NCBI GenBank assembly: GCA_934613645.1
Contig: CAKTTC010000001.1
Span: 214,751-278,750, forward strand
Reading direction: 5' to 3'
DNA length: 64,000 nucleotides
Source: an uncultured Opitutales bacterium
GTDB taxonomy: Bacteria > Verrucomicrobiota > Verrucomicrobiia > Opitutales > Intestinicryptomonadaceae
Shown piece by piece: positions 26,694 through 36,137 of this stretch. Each line of letters begins with the position of its first letter. The first letter of the stretch is position 1. A program made the position numbers and the translations under genes. The notes beneath the pieces are model-generated. The model saw only the letters and a program-made list of their open reading frames with translations, searched no databases and had not been told where the DNA came from.

Positions 26694-27490
26694 TCCGCAA
26701 CCGCCTTTCCGAGACTGTGTTTGAGTGCCGAAGTTATCTTGAGGGCATCGGCTGTCAAAGCTGGGTCGTTGATGTCGCGCGGGCGCGGCAGGTTGATGTC
26801 GAACGTCTCGACGATTCTTCCGGGGCGCGGAGAGAACAGAACAACCCTGTCGCCCAAGCAGACTGCCTCGCGGATATTGTGGGTTACAAACATAATGGTC
26901 TTTTTGCGTTTCTGCCAAATGTCCTGAATTTCGCCGTAAAGCTGCTCGCGCGTGAGGGCGTCGAGCGCGCCGAAAGTCTCGTCCATAAGCAGGATTCTGG
27001 GGTTGGGCGCAAGAGAGCGCGCAAGTGCCACGCGCTGGCGCATTCCGCCCGAAAGCTCGTGGATAGACGCGTTTGCGAACTTGTCAAGCCCCACCAAATA
27101 CAGGTAGAATTTTGCCACCTCGCGGCGTTCGGGGTCGGTCAAATTCGGCTTGAGCTTCAGCCCGAACATAACGTTGTCAATGACGTTCAGCCACGGGAAA
27201 AGAGCGTGCTCCTGAAACATAACCATTCTGTCGCGGCCGGGGCCCGCAACGGGGTCGGAATCGACGAGGATTTCGCCCGAATCGGGCTTGTCCAAACCCG
27301 CAACAAGGTTCAGCAGCGTAGATTTTCCGCAGCCGCTCGGGCCGACCAAACAGACAAATTCACCCTCGTTTATGTCCATACTGACGTTTTTCAACGCCTG
27401 CACCTTGCCCTGCGCGGACTCGAAAGCCTTCGATACGTTTTTTACCGAAAGCTTTGCCGTGATGTTTTCAAGTTCTTTGTGTAAACTCAT
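26690..27490 (-). CDS. ABC transporter ATP-binding protein (SsuB/TauB type)
   Basis: Walker A GPSGCGKSTLLNLVAGL, signature LSGGMRQRVALARSL, Walker B ILLMDETFGALD, H-loop VTHN. Confidence 0.88.
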   Translation of the reverse strand: MSLHKELENITAKLSVKNVSKAFESAQGKVQALKNVSMDINEGEFVCLVGPSGCGKSTLLNLVAGLDKPDSGEILVDSDPVAGPGRDRMVMFQEHALFPWLNVIDNVMFGLKLKPNLTDPERREVAKFYLYLVGLDKFANASIHELSGGMRQRVALARSLAPNPRILLMDETFGALDALTREQLYGEIQDIWQKRKKTIMFVTHNIREAVCLGDRVVLFSPRPGRIVETFDINLPRPRDINDPALTADALKITSALKHSLGKAVAE

Positions 27491-28473
27491 TTATAAAAAA
27501 GATTTTTTATATCAATCCTGTGTTTGAGAAGCCCGCATTTAAACGCGCTGTCTACAAAATCCTGCAAGCTTTTTTCGTTTGCAACGGAAGTGAACGTTAT
27601 GCGCGGCCAAGCCTTTTTGACAAGCTCCATCTTAATGCGTCCGCCCGTCAACGCCTGCAATTCGGCGTGGGCAAGCTTTTGCGCCTCTTCGGGATTTTTG
27701 TTTATCCAGTCGGTGAGTTCGCGCTGGGCGTCGATAAGTTTTTTGACAAGTTCGGGGCGTTCTTTGATTATTTTCACGCCCGCCACCAAGACGGTAGTTA
27801 CGGTGTCTTTTTGCTCGAGATAGATTTTGCCGTCCGCCTCTTCGAGCAGACGCGTAACCCACGGTTCGACAGTCCAAACGGCGTCCAGCGCGCCGCGGCG
27901 GAAAAGCCCGAGCTGTTCGGGATTGGGAGTCGCAATCACGAACGCGTCGCCGCCCGTAAGGGTTACGTTTACGCCGTTTTCAACAAGCCACGCCCTGCAG
28001 GCAACGTCCTGCGTATTGCCGAGCTGCGGCGTGCCTATGCGCTTGCCTTTAAAATCCGAAGGCTTTGAAATGCCCTTTGCGGGATTTACCACCAACGACG
28101 CCCCGCCGTCGGCAGAGCCTGCAATTATGCGGATATCCTCGCCGCCCGTCCGCGCGAACGCATTGATTGCGGGGCTTGGGCCTACAAAAGTAACGTCAAC
28201 CGCACCGGAAAGCAGCGATTCCATCGCGCTCGGCCCCGCATTGAACAACGCCCATTCAAGCTTCACATCGCCTCCTATGCGCTGTTCGAACCAGCCTTTG
28301 CCCTGTCGCGAAAGTTGGTGCGCAACGAGTGCCTGCGCGTGGGAAATGTTCGGGAAGTGCCCGATTCTGAGGACGGGCTTAGTTTGGGCGTCGGAACAAC
28401 CGCCAAGCAAGGCAGCCGACACCGCCGCCGCAAAAACGGCAATCTGGTATTTGATTTTCATTGCACCGAACAT
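27487..28473 (-). CDS. ABC transporter substrate-binding lipoprotein (NMT1/THI5-like, SsuA/TauA type)
   Basis: Signal and lipobox AAVSAALLGGCSD. RIGHFPNISHAQALVA and VDVTFVGPSPAINA are typical of this SBP family. Alternative ATG at 28461. ATGA overlap with the ATPase gene. Confidence 0.75.
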   Translation of the reverse strand: MFGAMKIKYQIAVFAAAVSAALLGGCSDAQTKPVLRIGHFPNISHAQALVAHQLSRQGKGWFEQRIGGDVKLEWALFNAGPSAMESLLSGAVDVTFVGPSPAINAFARTGGEDIRIIAGSADGGASLVVNPAKGISKPSDFKGKRIGTPQLGNTQDVACRAWLVENGVNVTLTGGDAFVIATPNPEQLGLFRRGALDAVWTVEPWVTRLLEEADGKIYLEQKDTVTTVLVAGVKIIKERPELVKKLIDAQRELTDWINKNPEEAQKLAHAELQALTGGRIKMELVKKAWPRITFTSVANEKSLQDFVDSAFKCGLLKHRIDIKNLFYK

Positions 28474-28546
28474 AGTATTGTTATTTTTTTTTACAAGTTT
28501 TTATTCTCCGTAAACGCCGCCGTATTGACTTGACGATTCCGCAGGA

Positions 28547-29125
28547 ATGTCCAAGATAATCGGACAGAATATGTATTATTTCAAACTTTTCACTTTTGCG
28601 GTTGCCGCCGCGTGCGTCTCGGCGTGCACTTCCCCCTCCAAAGAGGAGGCTGCGCGGCGCGACTTCGACAATTCCATTTCTAACGCCAAAAACGAACCCG
28701 CCGTTTCCGACGTGATTTTCCGCCGCCTCACCGACCCCGAAACGCGCTCAATCTACGAAGTTTTCACGGGGAGGGAATTCGGGCACGGACGCCTTTTCCT
28801 GCGCACTAATCCCGAAGACCGCAACGGGCTTTACGCATTCGTGATGTTCAAAACATACGTTTCGGAAATACAGAAAGACTCTACCGTTGAGCTGTTCATT
28901 CAGCCGAAAAACTCTTTCGAGACAAAGAAATTTGTGTGGACAGTTCCCGAAAACTCGTCGCTTCTTAGGGAAGTCGCCCTCGGGATAACGGGCGCGGACG
29001 CGGCGGGCTTGGACGCCGAAAACCTCGCGTGGAAAATCCAAATTAAAAATCCCGACGGCGGAATGATTACCCAAAAACAGTCGTGGCTTTGGAGTATCGA
29101 CACCCCCTCGAAGGAGGAAAAATAG
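28547..29125 (+). CDS. Hypothetical lipoprotein
   Basis: 192 aa with FTFAVAAACVSACTSPS (lipobox). No recognisable domain. Confidence 0.45.
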   Translation: MSKIIGQNMYYFKLFTFAVAAACVSACTSPSKEEAARRDFDNSISNAKNEPAVSDVIFRRLTDPETRSIYEVFTGREFGHGRLFLRTNPEDRNGLYAFVMFKTYVSEIQKDSTVELFIQPKNSFETKKFVWTVPENSSLLREVALGITGADAAGLDAENLAWKIQIKNPDGGMITQKQSWLWSIDTPSKEEK

Positions 29126-29137
29126 CGTCGGAATTGT

Positions 29138-30013
29138 ATGGATTCGTCTTGGGGAAACTACTGCGTAATTGACGGCGCGGAATTTTCGCGGCGCGACTGG
29201 CGCGAGACAATCGACGGCGGACAGGCCTTCACTTGGTTCGAAACCGACACCCCCGACGAATACTGCGGCGTTTTCTCGGGCGTTGCCGCGCGCGTGCGCC
29301 TTGATGAAAGCGGCAAACTACGCGCCGCATTCCCGAAAGACGCCGACCAAAAAAAATGCGCCTGCGCCCTCGCCGAATACCTCGACACAAAAACCGACTA
29401 CCGCCTAATCCGCGCCGCCCTTGAAAATTCGGGAGACGAAAATATGCGCAAGGCGTTGCAACTTTACCCCACTTTGCGCATTTTGCGCCAAAACCCCGCC
29501 GAAGCGATAATCGGGTTCATATGTTCTTCGAGCAAGCGGATTGTGCAAATAAAGCAGTGTGTGAGGCTGCTGTCGGAAAAATTCGGGGAGGAAATCGGTT
29601 GCGGGCTGCACGCGTTGCCGACGTTCGAAACGCTTGCAAACGCCGATTTGGACGCCATTCTTGCCTGCAAACTCGGCTTCAGGGCGAAATACCTGCTCGA
29701 TACCGCGCGCAAAATAACCGCCGACAACTTCGACCCCATCGAGCTTCGCGAAATGGACTACCCCTGCGCAAAAAAATACCTCACTTCACTCTCTGGCGTG
29801 GGCGAAAAGGTTGCCGACTGCATTCTGCTTTTCGGCTGTTCGCGGCTGGAGGCGTTCCCCGTTGACACTTGGATTAAGCAGGCAATGCACGACCTCTACG
29901 CCACGGGGCACGACCCGAAAAAAATCAGGCAGTTTGCCGCGCAAAAATTTCCGCACTACGCGGGCTTTGCCCAGCAGCTTCTTTTTGCCGCAAAACGCAA
30001 CAACTTTATTTAA
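29138..30013 (+). CDS. ogg: 8-oxoguanine DNA glycosylase / AP lyase (OGG1-type, HhH-GPD superfamily)
   Basis: 291 aa. N-terminal OGG_N-like GGQAFTW. HhH-GPD region YLTSLSGVGEKVADCILLFGCSRLEAFPVDTWIKQ with the catalytic K (GVGEK) and D (PVD). Confidence 0.7.
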   Translation: MDSSWGNYCVIDGAEFSRRDWRETIDGGQAFTWFETDTPDEYCGVFSGVAARVRLDESGKLRAAFPKDADQKKCACALAEYLDTKTDYRLIRAALENSGDENMRKALQLYPTLRILRQNPAEAIIGFICSSSKRIVQIKQCVRLLSEKFGEEIGCGLHALPTFETLANADLDAILACKLGFRAKYLLDTARKITADNFDPIELREMDYPCAKKYLTSLSGVGEKVADCILLFGCSRLEAFPVDTWIKQAMHDLYATGHDPKKIRQFAAQKFPHYAGFAQQLLFAAKRNNFI

Positions 30014-30017
30014 TACA

Positions 30018-30479
30018 ATGAGCGAAACAAAAAAAATCACAAAAGAGCAAATTCTGGCGGTTATGCCGCAACAGCCCCCGTTCCTTTTCATCGACGAAGC
30101 CGAAATCTGCGGCGACGAAATGACGGCGACCTACACAGTCAAGCCCGACGAAGTGTTTTTCGAAGGCCACTTCAAGGGCAACCCCGTCTTCCCCGGAACG
30201 CTTATGCTTGAGGCTCTCGGGCAGCTCGGCGTGCTGTATCTGCTTACAAGCGGCAACCCCGAAATAGGCGGAAACGTGGATTCGTCGAAAATCTATTTCA
30301 TCTCCGCCGACGGCTGCCGCTGCCAGCGCGTGTGCCGCCCCGGGGACGTTTTCAAAGTGAGGGTGAAAGTCCAAAAACTGCGCCTGCCCGTTGCGAGATT
30401 TTCGGCAACAATGTCGGTTGACGGACAAAAAGCCGCCTCGGCGGAATCGCTCACATTAACATTCGACCTTTTAAAATAA
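30018..30479 (+). CDS. FabZ-like 3-hydroxyacyl-ACP dehydratase (hot-dog fold)
   Basis: Trimmed to the ATG at 30018 (MSETKKITKEQILAVMPQQPPFLFIDE). Active-site region FFEGHFKGNPVFPGTLMLEALGQLG. 153 aa. Confidence 0.75.
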   Translation: MSETKKITKEQILAVMPQQPPFLFIDEAEICGDEMTATYTVKPDEVFFEGHFKGNPVFPGTLMLEALGQLGVLYLLTSGNPEIGGNVDSSKIYFISADGCRCQRVCRPGDVFKVRVKVQKLRLPVARFSATMSVDGQKAASAESLTLTFDLLK

Positions 30480-30480
30480 T

Positions 30481-31734
30481 ATGAACAACGTTGTAATTAC
30501 AGGACTCGGTTTTATCACAAGCATCGGCAACGACTACCAAAGCGTTAAAGACTCGCTCGTAAACCTCAAAAACGGCATAGAGCTTTACAAACCCTTCGCC
30601 GACCCCTCCATTCCCGCCAAGTGCGTGGGCACAGTCAAGGGCTTCGACGTTTCAAGCTGCGATCAGGAAGACTGGACGTATCCGCCCGAATACAGAGTTA
30701 GGCGCGACGTTCTGCGCGGGTTTTCGCCCAACTGCCTGTTCGCCTACTGCGCAATGAAGCAGGCAATAGCCGACGCCAACCTTTCCGAAGAGGAAGTTTC
30801 CAACATCGACACGGGCATTTACACGGCTTCGGCGGGCTCGGTGGGAATGCTCTACCACAATATGCAGAGGCTCGACACCGTGGGGGCTAACCGCGTAAAT
30901 CCGTTCGGGATTGTCTCGTCCATTGCGGGAACGCTTTCGTTCAACCTCGTTTCGGCGTTCAAGATAAAGGGCGCAAGCTGCGGATTCGCCTCGGCGTGCG
31001 CAAGCAGCTCGCACGCGCTGGGGTTCGCGGTGAACGAAATCAGAAGCGGACGCCAGAAGAGAATGTTTGTTGCGGGCGCGGAAGACGGCGACTACCGAAC
31101 CCTCCTGCCCTTTGCGGGCATGCGCGCGCTCAGCGTCAACCCCGACCCCGAAACGGCGTCGAGACCCTTCGACAAAAACAGAAACGGATTTGTCGGCTGC
31201 GGCGGCGGCGTTGTAATGGTGATTGAAGACGAACAAACCGCCCTCGCGCGCGGCGCAAAAATCTACGCGCGCATTGCGGGCTGGGGACAGGCAAGCGACG
31301 GCTACAACGTTGCAATCCCGCACCCCGAAGGCGACGGCGTTGTCCACGCGCTGCAGTTCGCCCTCAAAGACGCAAACCTGCGCCCCGAAGACGTGGAATA
31401 CATCAACGCCCACGCAACCTCCACGCCAATCGGCGACAAGGCCGAATTGAAGGCAATCAAAAAAGTTTTCGGCGAAAACGCAAAAACGCCAATCAGCAGC
31501 ACAAAGGCAATCACGGGGCACGGGTTGTCGCTTGCGGGCGTAATGGAGGCGGCTTTCTGCGCAATGGCAATGCACGAGGGCTTCACCCCGGGGTCGGCGC
31601 ACATTTCGGAACTCGACGAAGAGGCGCAGTCGCTCAACGTGATAACCAAAACGCTCGACCGCGCGCCGAAAGTAGCGTTGTCGCTCAGCAGCGGGTTCGG
31701 CGGGGCGAACACCGCCATTTTCTTCGAAAAATGA
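30481..31734 (+). CDS. Beta-ketoacyl-ACP synthase (KAS I/II, FabB/FabF family)
   Basis: 417 aa. VVITGLGFITSIGN, active-site Cys in GFASACASSSHALG, His motifs NAHATSTPIGD and ITGHGLSLAGV, C-terminal SSGFGGANTAIFFE. Starts 1 nt after the dehydratase stop. Confidence 0.88.
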   Translation: MNNVVITGLGFITSIGNDYQSVKDSLVNLKNGIELYKPFADPSIPAKCVGTVKGFDVSSCDQEDWTYPPEYRVRRDVLRGFSPNCLFAYCAMKQAIADANLSEEEVSNIDTGIYTASAGSVGMLYHNMQRLDTVGANRVNPFGIVSSIAGTLSFNLVSAFKIKGASCGFASACASSSHALGFAVNEIRSGRQKRMFVAGAEDGDYRTLLPFAGMRALSVNPDPETASRPFDKNRNGFVGCGGGVVMVIEDEQTALARGAKIYARIAGWGQASDGYNVAIPHPEGDGVVHALQFALKDANLRPEDVEYINAHATSTPIGDKAELKAIKKVFGENAKTPISSTKAITGHGLSLAGVMEAAFCAMAMHEGFTPGSAHISELDEEAQSLNVITKTLDRAPKVALSLSSGFGGANTAIFFEK

Positions 31735-33002
31735 TTTGGCTTTACAGACTCCTTTTTCTGCCCGCGTTTTTGGCGATGTTCCCGTATTACGCCCTGCGAA
31801 TGATTCGCCGCGGCGGCTACGCCAAAGACTTCTCGCAAAGGCTCGGCTTCACGCCCAAGCTTCCCCCGAAGACGGCGGGCAAAAAGCGCATCTGGCTGCA
31901 GGCGGTGAGTGTCGGCGAGGTTGAGGCGGTTATGCCGCTTGTAAAAAAGCTCAACGCAACCGACCGCTACGAAGTGGCTATCACGACCACCACAAGCACC
32001 GCCTACGCGCTGCTAAACGGCAAATACGCCGCCGACTGCTTTTGGAAGTCGGTTTTCCCGATTGATTTCTGGCCGTTCAGCGCGGCGACTTGGCGCGCAA
32101 TAAACCCCGACCTGATTGTCCTAATGGAGGGCGAAGTCTGGCCCGAGCACCTGCATCAGGCGGCGGCGCGGGGAGTGCCCGCAATACTCGTGAACGCGCG
32201 CCTTTCCGACAGAAGTTTCGGCAGATACTCCAAAGTTGCGGCGGTAGCAAAAAGAATGTTCGCGCCGTTCGCCGAAATTTGCGTCTCAAACGAAGCCGAT
32301 ATGGAGCGTTTTGCAAAGTTGGGCGTTCCCGCACAAAAAATGACGCTCACAGGCAACATAAAGTTCGACACTCCGTCGGTGGGAGTCTCCGCCGAAGAAA
32401 AGCTGTCGCTGAAGCGGGAGCTTGGCTTCGCGCCCGACTCTTTCGTGCTGCTCGGCTCTTCCACTTGGAGCGGCGAGGAAAAAATGCTTGTTAGCGCACT
32501 CGAGAAAATCCGCGCCGCGGGAATCGACTGCCGCCTGCTGCTTGTTCCGCGCCACGCCGAACGCCGCGCCGAAGTAAAGCGCGATATTTCCGCGCTCCCG
32601 CATTGCGTGCGCACCGAGCAAAAAACGGCGTCCGAGGGCAACCTAATCTACCTTGCCGACACTACGGGCGAACTCAGAATGTGGACGGCAATTTCCGACT
32701 TGGCGTTCGTGGGCAAAAGCCTGTTCGGGCACAACGGCGGGCAGTCGCCCATTGACGCGGCGGCGGCGGGCGTGCCCATTGTCTACGGCGACAACATGAC
32801 GAATTTCAAGCTGGTGTGCAAAAAGCTTGAAGCCGCGGGCGCGGCGCGCAAGGTATTTTCGCCCGAAGAGGCAATAGACGCGCTTGCGGAGCTTGCGATG
32901 TCGCCCGAAAAGCGCGCAAAGATGTCGGAAAGCGGCAAACGCTGGCACGCCGAAAACGAGGGCGCAACCCGCAAAACGCTCGAGATAATCGGGAAATTTT
33001 AG
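31731..33002 (+). CDS. waaA: 3-deoxy-D-manno-octulosonic acid (Kdo) transferase
   Basis: 423 aa. N-terminal membrane anchor, IWLQAVSVGEVEAVMPLVKKL, and C-terminal GT-B part GGQSPIDAAAAGVPIVYG. ATGA overlap with the KAS gene. Confidence 0.88.
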   Translation: MIWLYRLLFLPAFLAMFPYYALRMIRRGGYAKDFSQRLGFTPKLPPKTAGKKRIWLQAVSVGEVEAVMPLVKKLNATDRYEVAITTTTSTAYALLNGKYAADCFWKSVFPIDFWPFSAATWRAINPDLIVLMEGEVWPEHLHQAAARGVPAILVNARLSDRSFGRYSKVAAVAKRMFAPFAEICVSNEADMERFAKLGVPAQKMTLTGNIKFDTPSVGVSAEEKLSLKRELGFAPDSFVLLGSSTWSGEEKMLVSALEKIRAAGIDCRLLLVPRHAERRAEVKRDISALPHCVRTEQKTASEGNLIYLADTTGELRMWTAISDLAFVGKSLFGHNGGQSPIDAAAAGVPIVYGDNMTNFKLVCKKLEAAGAARKVFSPEEAIDALAELAMSPEKRAKMSESGKRWHAENEGATRKTLEIIGKF

Positions 33003-33058
33003 CTTCCGCAAATTGGTTAAATTGGGCGTGGCGCGCAGGCGGGGAAATCCGTCCGCGC

Positions 33059-33568
33059 CTAAAATTTGAAGCAAATGCGGCGGTCGCCCACTATCAGATA
33101 GAGATTGCGCCCGTCAAGCTCGAGCATTGCCTCGCTCCCCACGGGGACGGAATCGGCGGCCACAACGCGCACGTCGCCGCGCAAAACAAGCGTGTTAAGC
33201 GGCGTTAAAACGGCGCGCTCGCTCCTGAACGAAATTGCGCTTTTGCGCCCTCTGATTGTCAATTCGAACGGCGACGCCGAAAGCGAAAACGGAATTTTAG
33301 TCTGCGCATAGCCAAGCTCGCGCTCGGTCAAATTGGCGGCAAAAACGGTAATTTTGAGGTTCTCGAATTCGAGCGATTTCGGCACTGCAACTTTGAAGAC
33401 CTTTGCGTATTCGCGGACACTCCACGCCGAATAGGCAATGCGGAACGCCGCCCCGCGTTCGGAAAGGAACGTTTTGTCCATTCGGTCGTCGAACATTGAA
33501 ATGTCGAACGCCGCGCACGCGCGCGCCGCCGACAACGCAAACAACAAAACTGCCGCAAGTATTTTCAT
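33059..33568 (-). CDS. Hypothetical secreted protein
   Basis: Trimmed to MKILAAVLLFALSAARACAAF (signal peptide). The track start overlaps the fabD 3' end. Predicted beta-rich with a C-terminal F. No family assignment. Confidence 0.4.
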   Translation of the reverse strand: MKILAAVLLFALSAARACAAFDISMFDDRMDKTFLSERGAAFRIAYSAWSVREYAKVFKVAVPKSLEFENLKITVFAANLTERELGYAQTKIPFSLSASPFELTIRGRKSAISFRSERAVLTPLNTLVLRGDVRVVAADSVPVGSEAMLELDGRNLYLIVGDRRICFKF

Positions 33569-33611
33569 AAAAAAACGCGCGCAAACGCCCGTCTGCGCGC
33601 GAAGGCTGATT

Positions 33612-34514
33612 TTAGAAATCTCCGATTTCCGCAAGCGACTTTACCGCGAGGGACTTGTCGATACGCTTGCACATGCCCGCCAAAACGCCACCGGGGCCGC
33701 ATTCGTAGAACTGCTCCGCGCCCAACGCCGCTGCCGCGCGCACGCAGTCTTCCCAACGGACTGTGCTTGCAACCTGACGGACAAGCATCTTTTTGATTTC
33801 GTCGGGGTCGGAAACCTCCGCGCCCGTAACGTTCGTGAAAATTTTCACCGACGGTTTTTTGAATTCAATACCCGCAAGGAATTTTTCAAACTCGACCTGC
33901 GCGGGCTTCATCAGGCGGCTGTGATACGCGCCCGCAACCTTAAGCGGAACTACAAGCTTGAATTCTCCCCTATCTTTTGCGGCGGCAACGGCGGCGGCAA
34001 CTTTGTCGCTTTCGCCCGAAACAACAACCTGACCGGGGCAGTTGAGGTTTGACATATCAATGTCGAATTCCTTGCAGTATTCTGCCACTTTGTCTACGCT
34101 GCCGCCGATGAAACTCGCCATTGCTCCGCTTGAGGCGTCGCAGGCAAGCTGCATTAGGCGTCCGCGCTCTTCGACAATCTTCAAGCCCTGCTCGAACGTG
34201 AAAGTTCCCGCGAACGCGTTGGCGGTGAGTTCGCCCAGCGAAAGCCCGATTGCCGAAACAACGTCGCCGAGCATTCCCTTTTCGCGCAGCACCTCGATGA
34301 CGGCAAAGCCGTGCAGGTAAAGCGCGGGCTGGCAGATGTTCGTTTTTGTAAGCTCCGAAGACGGCCCTTCGAAACAGATTTTGGAGAGCTTAAAGCCCAG
34401 CGTTTCGTCGGCTCTGTCGAAAAGATTTTTAACGGAGTCGAAGTTTTCGTATAACGTTTTGGCCATTCCGACGCTCTGCGCGCCCTGCCCCGAGAACATT
34501 ACTACTGTTTTCAT
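33612..34514 (-). CDS. fabD: Malonyl-CoA:ACP transacylase
   Basis: 300 aa. VVMFSGQGAQSVGM, active-site GLSLGELTANAFAG, AGAYHSRLM. Confidence 0.93.
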   Translation of the reverse strand: MKTVVMFSGQGAQSVGMAKTLYENFDSVKNLFDRADETLGFKLSKICFEGPSSELTKTNICQPALYLHGFAVIEVLREKGMLGDVVSAIGLSLGELTANAFAGTFTFEQGLKIVEERGRLMQLACDASSGAMASFIGGSVDKVAEYCKEFDIDMSNLNCPGQVVVSGESDKVAAAVAAAKDRGEFKLVVPLKVAGAYHSRLMKPAQVEFEKFLAGIEFKKPSVKIFTNVTGAEVSDPDEIKKMLVRQVASTVRWEDCVRAAAALGAEQFYECGPGGVLAGMCKRIDKSLAVKSLAEIGDF

Positions 34515-34524
34515 TTTGCTTCTT

Positions 34525-35109
34525 TTATTTTATTGATTTTGAAATTTCGGCCGAAAGCTCCGCCAGGCATTCCGACACCGCCGCCGCGTAGCCCGCGTAG
34601 CCTTTCCCAGCCTGTTTGCTTGTTGCGAAAGAGTGCATTTGCGGTTCTGCGCCCGAAACTGCGGTTATCCAGCGCGCGGAAAAGTCGAGCTTGCCGTTGA
34701 GCGCGCCGATGCAGTCGCCCACAAAAACGCGAACGTCGCAGAATTTGCGCCCCTTCTGGCGCATAACAACGGGATACAAATACACGGTAGCTTTCGGCAT
34801 ATTTTTTACCATACACTTTTCGAGCGTGCGCGCGAACATTCCCTCGGGGGCTTCCACCCACCTGTTGAATTCTGAAATGTCAACCGATCCGTCCGAAGAC
34901 AGCGTTGCTATTTGCGTGCGCGCCAGATACCCCGGAAGCGGCGCAAGCAGAACGGAGACTTCGCCGTCGAAGTCCGACACCGCCGCCGCCGACTTTTCCG
35001 CGCTTGTGATGTAGAAGCGCGAGGGGTCTTCGCGCGGAGCGAGAATGTCGCCCATGCAGCCGCCAAGCAGCGCACAGCAAACCGACAATAAACAAATCGT
35101 TTTTTTCAT
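34525..35109 (-). CDS. ABC-type transport auxiliary lipoprotein (PqiC/YmbA-like, DUF330)
   Basis: Lipobox LLGGCMGD. PSRFYITS...VLLAPLPGYLARTQIATL...FNRWVEAPEGMFARTLEKCM fits the family pattern. Lies immediately downstream of the MCE gene. Confidence 0.6.
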   Translation of the reverse strand: MKKTICLLSVCCALLGGCMGDILAPREDPSRFYITSAEKSAAAVSDFDGEVSVLLAPLPGYLARTQIATLSSDGSVDISEFNRWVEAPEGMFARTLEKCMVKNMPKATVYLYPVVMRQKGRKFCDVRVFVGDCIGALNGKLDFSARWITAVSGAEPQMHSFATSKQAGKGYAGYAAAVSECLAELSAEISKSIK

Positions 35110-35129
35110 AACAATATTCCTTTTTTAAA

Positions 35130-36107
35130 TCAACGTTCCTGTTGGCGCGCCTTTTTGCCCGTAAGCAGCGAGTTGGGGTTGCGCTGAATGTAGTCGGCCA
35201 AGTTGGAGAAAGAATTCGCCGAATTATTGAGCGAGCGTATGAGCGTTGCAAGCTCGAAGCGCAGTTTGGAATTCGGCTCTACAAGCGCGTTTACGTTTGC
35301 GGCAAGCTTGTCCACGTTCGCGAGCGTTTTGCGCAGGTCGGCGGAAAGGTCGGCGAGGTTTTTGTCAGAATTTTTCACGAACTCTCCCGCCCCGCCCACG
35401 AGTGTATTGGCGTTGAGCATAAGCGCGTCGGCGTCGGCAATCATTTTAAGTGTGGCGTCGTTGAGTTTTGCGGCGTCTATTGCCTCCACTTTCGAATTGA
35501 GGTTCACAAGCAGCGTGTTGGCGTTCGTAAAAAACTCCTTAAAGTCTATGCTCGCGATTGACGCGATTGAATCCTGCACCGACTTCACAAGCTCAGACAG
35601 CCCCGACGACACGCTCGGAATGCCTATAAAACGCTGGTTTTCGTAGATGATGATGTCTTTGTCGGGCTTGTCGAGATAGTCAAGCTCAATGTAGAGCATG
35701 CCCGTAACGATGCTTTGATACATCAGCTTTGCACGCAAGCCGCCGCGGATTTGCTCCTTCACCCAGTCCACGCCCGACTCCCCTTTTGCGTCGCGCATGC
35801 GGCGTTTGAGGAGGTTTAAGTCTATGGAATAAATTACCGAAACCAAGTCTTCGCCCGCGTTCTCGTCGCTTTCGGAATTCTTGCCCGAAGAAATTGCAAT
35901 GCGCTCGACCTTTCCGATTTTCACGCCCTTGAATTTTACGGGCGCGCCCACGTCAAGCCCGTTTACCGTTTCGGCGAAGCGCGACGCAAATATTTGGTCG
36001 TCCTCGAAAAATTTCGACGCGCCGAAGACAACCACGGTTATCACCGAAATTAACGCCGCCCCGAGAACGAACATTCCAATCGCCAAAGAATTAACGTTGT
36101 TTTTCAT
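35130..36107 (-). CDS. MCE-domain protein (MlaD/PqiB-like)
   Basis: N-terminal TM LAIGMFVLGAALISVITVVVFG, then the MCE domain FASRFAETVNGLDVGAPVKFKGVKIGKVERI, and a C-terminal helical region. Confidence 0.85.
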   Translation of the reverse strand: MKNNVNSLAIGMFVLGAALISVITVVVFGASKFFEDDQIFASRFAETVNGLDVGAPVKFKGVKIGKVERIAISSGKNSESDENAGEDLVSVIYSIDLNLLKRRMRDAKGESGVDWVKEQIRGGLRAKLMYQSIVTGMLYIELDYLDKPDKDIIIYENQRFIGIPSVSSGLSELVKSVQDSIASIASIDFKEFFTNANTLLVNLNSKVEAIDAAKLNDATLKMIADADALMLNANTLVGGAGEFVKNSDKNLADLSADLRKTLANVDKLAANVNALVEPNSKLRFELATLIRSLNNSANSFSNLADYIQRNPNSLLTGKKARQQER

Positions 36108-36137
36108 AAAAATTTTTCCGATTTTCCTACAAATTCC

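Noticed and set aside
28474-28546. TPP or other riboswitch upstream of the NMT1/THI5-like binding-protein operon
   Set aside because: The leader is only ~75 nt, is shared with a divergent gene, and lacks the CTGAGA / ACCTGATCTGGATAATGCCAGCG-type conserved segments.
33030-33059. GC-rich hairpin (GGCGCG..CGCGCC) between convergent waaA and the 33059 gene, considered as a bidirectional terminator
   Set aside because: It is an imperfect stem with no T-tract on either side and overlaps a stop codon. This is too weak to annotate.
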